From NCBI GenBank assembly GCA_040218735.1, contig JAVJQW010000042.1, positions 279,948 through 343,947 on the forward strand: a stretch of 64,000 nt of DNA. The letters run 5' to 3'. Below the pieces are notes generated by a model, which worked only from the letters and a program-made list of their open reading frames with translations, was not told the origin of the DNA and searched no databases. Each line of letters begins with the position of its first letter. The stretch's first letter is position 1. Positions 49,536 through 59,092 of the stretch are shown here, piece after piece. This DNA is from Deltaproteobacteria bacterium. Its GTDB lineage: Bacteria > Myxococcota > Kuafuiibacteriia > Kuafuiibacteriales > Kuafuiibacteriaceae. The position numbers and the translations under genes are program-made.

Positions 49536-51344
49536 TTGAGCGCCTGGCGCCGTCTGTTCGGCTACCTCGCGCCGTACCGCGGCGCCCTCGCCGTCGCCGT
49601 CGTCGCCATGGGCGGCCTCGCCGTCACCAACGCGACCTATCCCATCCTCCTCGACCTGTTGACCACGATCCTGATCGGCGGCGACCGCCCCGAGGCCGTC
49701 GCTTCGACGTTGGATCGCGTCGTCGCCATCGCCAAGACGCTCGGCTTCGCGATCGAGACGAACCACGTCGCGGGTGTCGTCGCCGCGAACATCGTGCCGC
49801 TCTTCGGCGGGGTCGTCGCGGTCAAGGCGGTGTCCCAAGCGGTGCGCTTCTACGCGATGGGTTACATCGCCCAGCGCGTCATCCGTGATCTGCGAACGCA
49901 ACTCTTCGATCGCATCGTGAAACAGGGCGCGACGTTCTTCGGTGACTCGGCGACCGGACACCTCGTGTCGCGTGTGATGAACGACGTCGCGCAGGTCGAA
50001 CGCGCGACGACGTACGGCATCCCGATCCTCATCGGCGACGCGCTCCGCGTGGTCACCCTCGCGACCGCGTGTGTCGTGCAGTACCCGCGGCTGTCCCTCG
50101 TCGCGTTCGTCGTGCTCCCGGTCGCGGTGTTGCCGATCGTTCAGTTCGGCAAGGCGCTCAAGCGCTACGGCAAACGCGGCCAACACGCGCTCGGTGTGCT
50201 CACGAACCGCATCACGGAAACCCTCGGCGGCATCCGCGTCGTCCACACCTACGGGCGCGAGGGTTACGAAGTGCAGCGCTTCGATCGCGAGAGCGACCAG
50301 TACCTCGGCGTGATGATGAAGAGTGTCTTCGTGCGCGCGGTGCAGACGCCGCTCATGGAGCTCATCGGCGTCGTCGCGTTGCTCGCGACGATCGCCTACG
50401 CCGTCGACGAAGTCGAAGCCGGCACCCTACGCCCCGGCGCCGTCGTCGGGTTCATGCTCGCGCTGATCCTGATGTACGAGCCGGTCAAGGCGATCGGTCG
50501 TTTGAATGGAATCGTGATGCCGGGTCTCGCGGCGGCGGAGCGTGTCTTCGAGATCATCGATCGCGAGGCCGACGTCGTCGATCGCCCCGAAGCGAAACCC
50601 CTCGCCAAGGCCCCCGAGCTCGTCCGGTTCGAGAGCGTCTCGTTCAAGTACCGCGAAGACACACCGCTGGTGCTCGAGGGGCTCGACCTCGACCTCCCGC
50701 GCGGCCAGGTCGTCGCGCTGGTCGGGAGCTCCGGCGCCGGCAAGTCCACGGTCGCGGCGCTGCTCCCGCGCCTGTTCGACGTCACCGACGGCCGCATCAC
50801 GGTCGACGGCGAAGACATCCGCGACGTCACGCTCGAGAGCCTCCGCGCGAACATCGCGATGGTCGGCCAGGAGACGTACCTCTTCAACGACTCGGTGCGC
50901 GACAACATCCGGTACAGCCGCCCCGACGCGACCGACGAACAGATCGAAGAAGCCGCGCGCCGCGCCTACGCACACGACTTCATCACCGCGCTCCCCGACG
51001 GCTACGACACCATCGCCGGCGAGCGCGCGGTGCAGCTCTCCGGCGGGCAGCGCCAGCGCCTCGCCATCGCGCGCGCGTTCCTCCGCGACGCTCCCATACT
51101 GATCCTCGACGAAGCGACCAGCGCGCTCGACGTCGAGAGCGAGCGGGAAGTGCAGCGCGCGCTCGACGCGCTCCTCGAGAACCGCACCGCGCTCGTCATC
51201 GCGCATCGCCTCTCCACCGTGCAGCGTGCCGACGAGATCCTCGTGCTCGAAGGCGGCCGCGTCGTCGAGCGTGGCCGCCACGAAGCCCTCCTCGAGAACG
51301 ACGGTCCCTACCGGCGCTTCGTCGAGATGAGCGAACACGCCTAG
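49536..51344 (+). CDS. msbA: Lipid A flippase-type ABC transporter
   Basis: TMD plus NBD (GSSGAGKST, LSGGQRQR, LILDEATS, IAHRLST); adjacent to waaA. Confidence 0.85.
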   Translation: MSAWRRLFGYLAPYRGALAVAVVAMGGLAVTNATYPILLDLLTTILIGGDRPEAVASTLDRVVAIAKTLGFAIETNHVAGVVAANIVPLFGGVVAVKAVSQAVRFYAMGYIAQRVIRDLRTQLFDRIVKQGATFFGDSATGHLVSRVMNDVAQVERATTYGIPILIGDALRVVTLATACVVQYPRLSLVAFVVLPVAVLPIVQFGKALKRYGKRGQHALGVLTNRITETLGGIRVVHTYGREGYEVQRFDRESDQYLGVMMKSVFVRAVQTPLMELIGVVALLATIAYAVDEVEAGTLRPGAVVGFMLALILMYEPVKAIGRLNGIVMPGLAAAERVFEIIDREADVVDRPEAKPLAKAPELVRFESVSFKYREDTPLVLEGLDLDLPRGQVVALVGSSGAGKSTVAALLPRLFDVTDGRITVDGEDIRDVTLESLRANIAMVGQETYLFNDSVRDNIRYSRPDATDEQIEEAARRAYAHDFITALPDGYDTIAGERAVQLSGGQRQRLAIARAFLRDAPILILDEATSALDVESEREVQRALDALLENRTALVIAHRLSTVQRADEILVLEGGRVVERGRHEALLENDGPYRRFVEMSEHA

Positions 51345-51346
51345 CC

Positions 51347-52660
51347 GTGCACCTGTTCTATCAGCTCCTCAGCTACGTGGTGTTCGGCGCGCTGTGGCCG
51401 GTGCTGCTGCTGCACCCGAAGATCCGCCGCGGCATCAAGCGGCGCCTCGGGTTCTTCGACGTCCCCGAGCGACCGTGGCCCGCGTCGCGCTCGGCGGAGG
51501 GGCCTCGCGTGTGGTTCCACGGGGCCTCGGCCGGTGACCTGCTCGCGCTCTTCCCGGTGGTGAAGCAGATCCGCGACGCGCGCCCCGACGCGACGTTGAT
51601 CGTGTCGACGATGACGAACTCCGGGTACGCGATCGCCGAGACGAAGCTGATGCCGATCGTCGACGCGATCACCTACGTCCCGTACGACTTCCCCGGCTCC
51701 ACGCGCCGCACGGTCGAAGTGCTGCGACCGGACGTCCTCGTCCTCGAGTACGCGGAGCTGTGGCCCAACCTCATCCACGCGTGTCGACGCGGCGGCGCGC
51801 GCGTCGCGCTGACGAACGGGCGGCTGTCGGAGTCACTCGTGCGTCGGTACCGGCTCCTCAACGCGGTCGCCGGCAACCAGCTCGACAAACTCGACCTCAT
51901 GATGATGCGCGAGCCCGTCGAAGCGGAGCGCGCGCTCGCGCTCGGTGCGCCGCCGTCGCGTGTGAAGGTCACCGGCAACACGAAGTTCGACAACCTCCCG
52001 CAGGCGCCCGACGACGCGGCAATCGACGACCTGAAGCAGCGGCTCGGTGTCGACGATCGCCACGTGCTCGTCGCGGGCTCCACTCACGAAGGTGAGGAGA
52101 AGTCGATCCTCGGCGCGTTTTCCGGGATGCGCGAAGTCGACGCGACGGTGCGTCTGTTCATCGCGCCGCGCTACATCGAGCGCGCGGCGAAGATCGAAGC
52201 GCTCGCGCGCGCGGAGGGGTTCACGGTCGCGCTGCGGAGCGCGGCGGATCGTGATCCCAAAGCGATCGCCGCGGCCGATGTGTTGGTGCTCGACACGATG
52301 GGTGAGCTGTCGCGCGTGTACGGGCTCGCGACGTTGGTGTTCGTCGGTGGCTCGTTCGTCCCGCGCGGCGGACAGAACATCCTCGAGCCGGCCGGTCAGG
52401 GACGACCCGTGCTCTTCGGACCCTACATGATGAACTTCCGCGACTCGGTCGAGATCCTCCTCGGGCGCGGCGGTATTCAGGTGCAGACCCCCGCGCAGCT
52501 CGAGAAGATCGGACGCGAGCTGTTGTCGCGGCCCGACGAGATCGAGCGCCTCGGGGTCATGGCGCGCTCCGCGGTCCAGAAGGCGCGCGGCGCTTCCGCG
52601 AAGAACGCGCAGATGATCCTCGCTCTGCCGACGAGGCGTGACCGCTCACAGCCCTCGTGA
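51347..52660 (+). CDS. waaA: Kdo transferase
   Basis: WFHGASAGD, ELWPN, NGRLS, TGNTKFD, AGSTHEGE, DTMGEL, GGQNILEP; start GTG 51347. Confidence 0.93.
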   Translation: MHLFYQLLSYVVFGALWPVLLLHPKIRRGIKRRLGFFDVPERPWPASRSAEGPRVWFHGASAGDLLALFPVVKQIRDARPDATLIVSTMTNSGYAIAETKLMPIVDAITYVPYDFPGSTRRTVEVLRPDVLVLEYAELWPNLIHACRRGGARVALTNGRLSESLVRRYRLLNAVAGNQLDKLDLMMMREPVEAERALALGAPPSRVKVTGNTKFDNLPQAPDDAAIDDLKQRLGVDDRHVLVAGSTHEGEEKSILGAFSGMREVDATVRLFIAPRYIERAAKIEALARAEGFTVALRSAADRDPKAIAAADVLVLDTMGELSRVYGLATLVFVGGSFVPRGGQNILEPAGQGRPVLFGPYMMNFRDSVEILLGRGGIQVQTPAQLEKIGRELLSRPDEIERLGVMARSAVQKARGASAKNAQMILALPTRRDRSQPS

Positions 52661-52673
52661 TACGGGCTGCCGC

Positions 52674-54083
52674 ATGGCAACCGAGCGATACGACGTCGTA
52701 GTGATCGGCGGGGGTCCGGGGGGCTACCCGGCCGGCATCCGCCTGGGACAGCACGGTAAGAAGGCGCTGGTCATCGAGCGCGAGAACCTCGGGGGCGTCT
52801 GCCTGAACTGGGGCTGCATCCCCAGCAAGGCGATCATCCACGCCGCGAACCTTCGCCACGAAGTCGAGGCGATGAAGAACATCTACTCGGCCGTACCGGA
52901 CGTGAACGCGACGGAGCTGATGGCGTGGAAGGACGGCATCATCAAGAAGCAGCGCACCGGGATCGCCGGGCTGCTGAAGGCCAACGGCTGCGCGCACAAG
53001 AAGGGCGACGCGACGATCGTCGGCCCCAACGCGCTCTCGCTGAAGACCGGCGAGGGCGAGGATCGCATCGAGTTCGACCAGCTGATCATCGCGACGGGCG
53101 CGTCGATCATCGAGATCCCGCCGTTCCCGTTCTCGGAGCCGTTCATCGGCTACGCGCGCGACGCGGTCGCCTACGATCCCATCCCGAAGGACCTCGTCAT
53201 CGTCGGCGGCGGCGTCATCGGGTGTGAGCTCGGCATGGCGTACGCGAAGCTCGGCGCGAAGGTCACGATCGTCGAGATGCTCGACAGCATCCTCCCCGGC
53301 ACCGACAAGGATCTGCTCCGCCCGATCACCAAGACCATGAAGAAGGTCGGGATCGAAGTGCTCACCAAGGCGAAGGCCGCCGGGTACGAGAAGAAGGGCG
53401 ACGGCTGTGAGGTGAAGGTCGAGGTCGGCGGCGAGACGAAGAAAATCCCCGCGGACCGCGTGCTCGTCGCGGTGGGGTTCCGTCCGAACACGAAGTCACT
53501 CGGCCTCGACAAGATCGGCGTCGCGCTCGACGAGCGCGGCTGGGTGAAGGTCGATAACACCTGCCGCACGAGTGTGAACCACGTGTTCGCGGTCGGCGAC
53601 GTCACCGGCCCGCCGCTCCTCGCGCACCGCGCGACGACGATGGGCGAGGTCGCGGCCGAGGTCATCTGCGGCAAGCCCGCGGCGTTCGACGTCGTCGCGA
53701 TGCCGCTCGGCACGTTCACGGATCCGGAGGTCGCGGTCGCGGGCCTCACGGAAGAAGCTGCGAAGGAGCAGGGCTACGACGTCCGCACCGGCCTCTTCCC
53801 GATGGCCGCGCTCGGTCGCGCCGGCGCGATGAACGCGACGGAGGGCGTGGTGAAGGTCGTCATCGACGGCAAGACCGACGTCATCCTCGGCGTGGGCATC
53901 ACCGCGTTCAACGCGTGTGACCTCATCGCGGAGGCGTGCCTCGCGCTGGAGATGGGCGCGCTCGCGGAGGACCTCGCGCTCACCGTGCACGCGCACCCGA
54001 CGCTCGCCGAAGGCCTCATGGAGGCGGCGAAGGCGGCGCGCGGCGAGGCGTTGCACATCCTCAACAAGAAGCCGCGGAAGTGA
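52674..54083 (+). CDS. lpdA: Dihydrolipoamide dehydrogenase (E3)
   Basis: GGGPGGY, GGVCLNWGCIPSK, HAHPTLAE. Confidence 0.96.
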   Translation: MATERYDVVVIGGGPGGYPAGIRLGQHGKKALVIERENLGGVCLNWGCIPSKAIIHAANLRHEVEAMKNIYSAVPDVNATELMAWKDGIIKKQRTGIAGLLKANGCAHKKGDATIVGPNALSLKTGEGEDRIEFDQLIIATGASIIEIPPFPFSEPFIGYARDAVAYDPIPKDLVIVGGGVIGCELGMAYAKLGAKVTIVEMLDSILPGTDKDLLRPITKTMKKVGIEVLTKAKAAGYEKKGDGCEVKVEVGGETKKIPADRVLVAVGFRPNTKSLGLDKIGVALDERGWVKVDNTCRTSVNHVFAVGDVTGPPLLAHRATTMGEVAAEVICGKPAAFDVVAMPLGTFTDPEVAVAGLTEEAAKEQGYDVRTGLFPMAALGRAGAMNATEGVVKVVIDGKTDVILGVGITAFNACDLIAEACLALEMGALAEDLALTVHAHPTLAEGLMEAAKAARGEALHILNKKPRK

Positions 54084-54745
54084 CGCGCCGCCTCGAAGTC
54101 ATCGAGCTCGACCGCGTCCGCTACGCGGACGGGCTCACGTTGATGGAGGACCGCGTCGCGGCGCGCATGAAGGACGAGGCGCCCGACACGCTCTTCCTCC
54201 TCGAGCACGACCCCGTCATCACGATGGGGCGCCGCGCAAACGCCGACAACATCGTCGTCCCCGCCGAGGCGCTCGCCGCGCGCGGCGTCGAGGTGTTCGA
54301 GACGGGGCGCGGCGGCGACGTCACCTACCACGGGCCTGGGCAGATCGTCGGGTACCCGATCGTGGACCTGAAGCCGGACCGAAAGGACGTGAAGAAGTAC
54401 GTCTGCGATCTCGAGCACGTGATGATCGACGTGTGTGCGTCCTACGGCGTGAAGGCGGGGCGCGTCGACGGGTTGATCGGGACGTGGATCGACGGCCGCC
54501 GAAAGATCGGCGCCATCGGCGTGCGCATCTCGAAGTGGGTGACGAGCCACGGCTTCGCCTTCAACGTCAGCACCGCCCTCGACGCCTTCTCGCTGATCGT
54601 CCCGTGCGGCATCCGCGACAAGGGCGTGACCTCGCTGTCGCTGGAGCTGGATCGGGAGATCGATCCCAAGCAAACGCGCGGGCGGATCGTCGAAGCGTTC
54701 GAAGCGCGCTTCGGCGCGAAGCGAATCGTCCCGTCCGAAGTGTGA
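54080..54745 (+). CDS. lipB: Octanoyltransferase
   Basis: LLEHDPVIT.G, RGGDVTYHGPGQ, KIGAIG, SHGFAFN, IVPCGI. Confidence 0.96.
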   Translation: MTRRLEVIELDRVRYADGLTLMEDRVAARMKDEAPDTLFLLEHDPVITMGRRANADNIVVPAEALAARGVEVFETGRGGDVTYHGPGQIVGYPIVDLKPDRKDVKKYVCDLEHVMIDVCASYGVKAGRVDGLIGTWIDGRRKIGAIGVRISKWVTSHGFAFNVSTALDAFSLIVPCGIRDKGVTSLSLELDREIDPKQTRGRIVEAFEARFGAKRIVPSEV

Positions 54746-54754
54746 GTCGGGCGC

Positions 54755-55558
54755 CTACCGGAAGACGCCGTCGAGCACGCGCTTGAGATCACGTCGATCC
54801 GTCGCGGGCACCGTCTCCGGCTTCGCCGTCTTGGTGCTCGGCGCGGTGCCGAGCTTCGCGAGATCCTGCGGGGCGCGCACGAGGGTGATCGCGCGCGACG
54901 GCGAGTACTGTGCGAGGGCTTCGACCGTCGCCTTCACGACGTCGAGCCGCGCGCCGCCGATGTCCGCCTTGATCCGCGCGTGCGCCATCGTCGGCGTCAC
55001 GAGCGCGTCGAGGTCACGCCCGAGCGTGGCGAACCGATCGCCCCATGCGCCGTCCTTTTCGAACGGGCGCGCGATGGTCGCGAGGTCGTTCGGGTGCGGG
55101 ACGAAGCCGTGTTTCATCGCCCACGCGGCGGAGTGCTGCGCGTCGCGGACGTGCTGGTTGTCGGCGTCGTGCAGCTCCTCGAACATCGCCATCAGCTCGG
55201 CGTCGTTCACCGCGATGATGGCGGCCGAGGCGACCGAGACGCCGTCCGGGATCGACGCGCTGACGTCGTAACCCGCCAGCGCCTGCTGCATCTGGTTGTA
55301 GAGGCGCTGCTCGGCGTGCGACGAGGCGATCGCGTCCGCGGCCATCTGGGCCTGGATGCGCTGCCGCTCGCGCGCGGCGGCCTCGTTGCGCTGGTCCGCC
55401 TGCAGGAGCGCGATCTCGTGTTTGCGGTCGGCGGCGGCCTCCGCGGCGGCTTCGATCTGCTGGTTCCAGGCGTCGAGGAGCGCAGCCATGCGCTTGGCCT
55501 CGGCCTCTTGCAGCATCCGACGTAGCTCGACGGAGGTAGACATCACTTCGACGGGCAC
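54755..55558 (-). CDS. Hypothetical protein with N-terminal coiled coil
   Basis: Ala/Gln/Glu-rich helix; has its own sigma-28-like promoter; start may be ATG 55543. Confidence 0.7.
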   Translation of the reverse strand: MPVEVMSTSVELRRMLQEAEAKRMAALLDAWNQQIEAAAEAAADRKHEIALLQADQRNEAAARERQRIQAQMAADAIASSHAEQRLYNQMQQALAGYDVSASIPDGVSVASAAIIAVNDAELMAMFEELHDADNQHVRDAQHSAAWAMKHGFVPHPNDLATIARPFEKDGAWGDRFATLGRDLDALVTPTMAHARIKADIGGARLDVVKATVEALAQYSPSRAITLVRAPQDLAKLGTAPSTKTAKPETVPATDRRDLKRVLDGVFR

Positions 55559-55573
55559 TCGGGCCCATCGCGG

Positions 55574-55600
55574 TTATCGGCGCGCGGCGCGAGATGGTGC
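55574..55600 (-). promoter_or_regulatory. Sigma-28-like promoter
   Basis: Minus strand GCACC-N14-GCCGATAA (perfect FliA -10). Confidence 0.7.
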
Positions 55601-55631
55601 GCCCAAGATCTCGGACGATCGACGGACCGGT

Positions 55632-56120
55632 TCAGTTCAGGTGCAGGGCCTTGGCGAGCTGCGTGATCTCCCGGATGGCTTCGGCTTCGTTGTTGCTCGT
55701 CCCGACCGTGCGCCCGCTCCCGGTGTAGCGGCGCTTCGCCTTCGAGATCAGCGACCGGGTGATCTGCCCCGTCCGGCGTTTGTCGTCGTGCACGAGGATC
55801 TCGATCGCGCGGTACTTGAGGTTGTCGGGGAGGTTCGCGTCGCGGACCTGGGGAGGGAGGTAGTCGAGGCCGTCGGCGCCCACCGCCACCATGTCCTCGA
55901 GGATGCGCTCGGCCGTGCGGATGTTCAGCTCGAGCATCTGCGGCGACGTGTTGCGGTCGCCGCCGCGGTCGTACTTGTCGTGGAGTCGCTCGACGTGACG
56001 CTGCAGCTCGGCCCGGGTCAGCACGCCGTCGGGGGGCGGCGTGCCCGCCTCGGCGTCCAGGTCCATCACCTCGCTGCGAACGACGCGTGGGAAGGTTTCG
56101 ACCGGGATGACGGTACTCAC
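55632..56120 (-). CDS. Hypothetical protein with two EF-hand-like loops
   Basis: DGVLTRAEL and TGQITRSLI; RBS GGAG; own promoter. Confidence 0.65.
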   Translation of the reverse strand: MSTVIPVETFPRVVRSEVMDLDAEAGTPPPDGVLTRAELQRHVERLHDKYDRGGDRNTSPQMLELNIRTAERILEDMVAVGADGLDYLPPQVRDANLPDNLKYRAIEILVHDDKRRTGQITRSLISKAKRRYTGSGRTVGTSNNEAEAIREITQLAKALHLN

Positions 56121-56140
56121 AGGTGGGACTCCAACCGACG

Positions 56141-56168
56141 TTATCGGAGGGTGTGTGACAACCGTTGC
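56141..56168 (-). promoter_or_regulatory. Sigma-28-like promoter
   Basis: Minus strand GCAAC-N15-TCCGATAA. Confidence 0.65.
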
Positions 56169-56238
56169 TTGGAAAGCGCGCGTGCTGTGCGCGTCGGGGT
56201 GAACGATCTCGGTAGGATACGGATCGTCGCAGGCTGGA

Positions 56239-56538
56239 TCAGACCAGGAGCGCGGCGGCGGCGCCCAGCGCGAGGCCGCCCACGGCGAGGGCGGTGACGG
56301 CGACTTGGCGCTTGTGCTGGCCTACGGCGGCGTCCAGGAGCACGTCGTCTTCCGGGACGGCCACCGGGACGGGGAGCGGTCGGGCGCTCACGTCGAAGAA
56401 GCTCGCGTGGCCGAGGTCGTCCATCGCCGGCGGGTTCGTATACCCGAGCGCGAGCGGCGGGACGGCCGTCTCTTCCTCCGAGTCGAAGAGGGGGAGGGGA
56501 TGCGGGAGCTGGCTGGCGACTTCGAGTGACGACTGCAT
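56239..56538 (-). CDS. Small protein with C-terminal TM anchor
   Basis: Acidic/Pro-rich N-terminus, terminal VAVTALAVGGLALGAAAALLV. Confidence 0.5.
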   Translation of the reverse strand: MQSSLEVASQLPHPLPLFDSEEETAVPPLALGYTNPPAMDDLGHASFFDVSARPLPVPVAVPEDDVLLDAAVGQHKRQVAVTALAVGGLALGAAAALLV

Positions 56539-56645
56539 GACGGAGCCGGCGACCTTGGACCCGGTGACGCCCCAAGTCCAGTTTTTCTCGCGCGTTTGCG
56601 AATCGTTGACCGCCGCCCAAGGGGCCCCTAACGTCCCGCGCGAAC

Positions 56646-57956
56646 ATGGCATTCGAGTTCAAGCTGCCGGACATCGGAGAGGGCGTCGTCGAGGGCGAGA
56701 TCGTCAAATGGCTGGTGAAGCCGGGCGATCAGATCGAGGTCGATCAGCCCATGGTCGAGGTGATGACGGACAAAGCGACCGTCGTCATCCCGTCGCCGAA
56801 GCAAGGCGTCGTGAAGGAGACGCGCGGCAGCGAGGGCGACATCGTCGAGGTCCACTCGGTCATCGTGGTGATCGAAGAGGGCGGCGGCGGCGCGCCGGCC
56901 GCGGAGGCGCCGAAAGAGGCTCCGAAGGCCGAAGCCCCGAAGGCCGAAGCGCCGAAAGCGGAGGCACCCAAGGCCGAGGCGCCGAAGGCCGAAGCACCCA
57001 AGGCACCTGCGCCCGCCGCGCCGGCCGATCACGGCGGCAAGGTGCTCGCCGCGCCGGCGACGCGTCGGCTCGCGCGTGAGCTCGGCGTGAACCTCGGCGC
57101 CGTGCAGGGTACGGGCCCCGCCGGTCGTGTCACGTCGGACGACGTTCGCGCGGCGGCGTCGCAACCCGCAGCGCCCGCGGCGCAGGCCCCCGCACAGACG
57201 AAGCGCCCCGCGGCGCCCGCGCCGAGCCCCGCGCCCGAGGCGACCGACGCGGACGAGCGCATCCCGGTTCGCGGTCTTCGTCGTCGCATCTGGGACAAGA
57301 TGGCCCAGTCGGCGTTCACCGCGGCGCACTTCACGTTCGTGGAGGAGTGTGACGCGACGGACCTGGTCGGCGTCCGCAAGCGCTTCAACGCGAACCTGCG
57401 CGACGACGAGGAGAAGCTCTCCTACCTGCCGTTCATCGTGAAGGCGGTGGTCGCGTCGTTGAAGAAGTTCCCGCAGATGAACGGGCACGTCGACGACGAC
57501 AACATGGATTTCATCCGGCGCGCGCACTACCACATCGGGATCGCGGTCGCGTCGGATCGCGGCCTCATCGTGCCGGTGATTCGCCACGCGGATCGGCGTT
57601 CGCTGCTGGACCTCGCGGCGGAGATCCTGCGCCTCGCGAACGCGGTGCGGACGAACTCGCTCAGCACCGACGACCTCGGCGGATCGACGTTCTCGATCAC
57701 GAGCCTCGGCAAGGAGGGCGGCATCTTCGCGACGCCGATCATCAACTACCCCGAGGTCGCGATCATGGGCGTGCACAAGATGGCGAAGCGCCCGGTCGTG
57801 CGCGGCGACAACGACGAGATCGTCGTGCGCAACATGATGAACCTGTCGCTGTCGTTCGATCACCGCCTCATCGACGGCCACGTCGGCGCGGCCTTCGCGT
57901 ACAACGTGATCGGGCTGCTCGAGAACCCGGACCGCCTGATGATGGAGATGGCCTGA
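56646..57956 (+). CDS. 2-oxoacid dehydrogenase E2 (dihydrolipoamide acyltransferase)
   Basis: Lipoyl domain EVMTDKA, E3-binding AAPATRRLA..GTGPAGRV, catalytic FDHRLIDG. Confidence 0.95.
   Translation: MAFEFKLPDIGEGVVEGEIVKWLVKPGDQIEVDQPMVEVMTDKATVVIPSPKQGVVKETRGSEGDIVEVHSVIVVIEEGGGGAPAAEAPKEAPKAEAPKAEAPKAEAPKAEAPKAEAPKAPAPAAPADHGGKVLAAPATRRLARELGVNLGAVQGTGPAGRVTSDDVRAAASQPAAPAAQAPAQTKRPAAPAPSPAPEATDADERIPVRGLRRRIWDKMAQSAFTAAHFTFVEECDATDLVGVRKRFNANLRDDEEKLSYLPFIVKAVVASLKKFPQMNGHVDDDNMDFIRRAHYHIGIAVASDRGLIVPVIRHADRRSLLDLAAEILRLANAVRTNSLSTDDLGGSTFSITSLGKEGGIFATPIINYPEVAIMGVHKMAKRPVVRGDNDEIVVRNMMNLSLSFDHRLIDGHVGAAFAYNVIGLLENPDRLMMEMA
56902..57009 (+). repeat. Degenerate 15-bp tandem repeat encoding the (EAPKA)n linker of E2
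   Basis: AEAPKEAPKAEAPKAEAPKAEAPKAEAPKAEAPKAP. Confidence 0.8.
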
Positions 57957-57957
57957 G

Positions 57958-59055
57958 GTGTCGATCCTGACCCTCGAGCCGCCGTTCGCGGAGCCCAAGC
58001 TCCATCAGGTCATCGGCCCGGACGGCAAGCAGGTCGGCGTGCTCCCGGACGTCGACGTCGACACGATGCTGCGCATGTACCGCTACATGCTGCTCATCCG
58101 ACTGCTCGACGAGCGCATGATGATCCTGCAGCGCCAGGGCCGCATCGGTTTCTACGGTGCGTGCACCGGCCAGGAGGCGCCACCGGTCGGCACGGCCGCG
58201 GCGCTGCACGCGACGGACTGGATCTTCCCCGGCCTGCGCGAAGGCGTCGCGATGTTGTACCGCGGCTACCCGCTCGAGCCGTACGTGTGTCAGGTGTTCG
58301 GGAACGACGGCGACGTGTTGAAGGGGCGGCAGATGCCGTCGCACTACGCGGACAAGTCGGTGCACCAGGTGTCGTGGTCGAGTGTGATCGGCCCGCAGAT
58401 CACGCAGGCCGTCGGCGCGGCGATGGGTGCGAAGATCAAGAAGGACGACACGGTCACGGTCGGCTTCATGGGTGACGGCGCGACGTCGAGCGCGGACTTC
58501 CACACCGGCCTGAACTTCGCGGGTGTCTACCAGGCGCCGTGCATCCTGATCTGCCAGAACAACCACTGGTCGATCAGCGTGCCGACGAAGCAGCAGACCT
58601 CGGCGCGTACGATCGCGGAGAAGGCGATCGCCTACGGCGTCCCGTACGCGCGCGTGGACGGCAACGACATCCTCGCGGTCTACGGTGCGGTGCGTGAGGC
58701 CGCGGATCGGGCGCGGCGCGGCGAGGGCCCGGCGTTCCTCGAGATGCTGACGTACCGCATCGGCGCGCACTCCAGCTCCGACGACCCGCGGGTGTACCGC
58801 GACGAAGCGGAGGTCGAGGTCTGGAAGGAGCGCGACCCGCTCCAGCGCTACAAGGCGTACTTGGTCGACAAGGGGCTGTGGAGCGACGACCGGGACGAGG
58901 ACGCGCGCAAGTCGTTGAACGAAGAGATCGTTTCGACGGTGGACCGTGCGGAGGCCCGCCCGGCGCCGACGCAGGCTACGCTGTTCGAAGACGTCTACGC
59001 GACGCCGCCCTGGCATCTGGAGGAGCAGCGTCGCTCCGTGCTCGGCGAAGGCTGA
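57958..59055 (+). CDS. 2-oxoacid (pyruvate/branched-chain) dehydrogenase E1 alpha
   Basis: QRQGRIGFY, GRQMPSH, GDGATS...NN TPP motif, YRIGAHSSSDDP. Confidence 0.95.
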   Translation: MSILTLEPPFAEPKLHQVIGPDGKQVGVLPDVDVDTMLRMYRYMLLIRLLDERMMILQRQGRIGFYGACTGQEAPPVGTAAALHATDWIFPGLREGVAMLYRGYPLEPYVCQVFGNDGDVLKGRQMPSHYADKSVHQVSWSSVIGPQITQAVGAAMGAKIKKDDTVTVGFMGDGATSSADFHTGLNFAGVYQAPCILICQNNHWSISVPTKQQTSARTIAEKAIAYGVPYARVDGNDILAVYGAVREAADRARRGEGPAFLEMLTYRIGAHSSSDDPRVYRDEAEVEVWKERDPLQRYKAYLVDKGLWSDDRDEDARKSLNEEIVSTVDRAEARPAPTQATLFEDVYATPPWHLEEQRRSVLGEG

Positions 59056-59092
59056 GGATCGATCGCCTTCGATTGTGGTACTTTTGCCGCCT

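Noticed and set aside
50069-52660. 863-aa ORF suggesting an extended WaaA
   Set aside because: The N-terminal half is an alternative frame of msbA; WaaA starts at GTG 51347.
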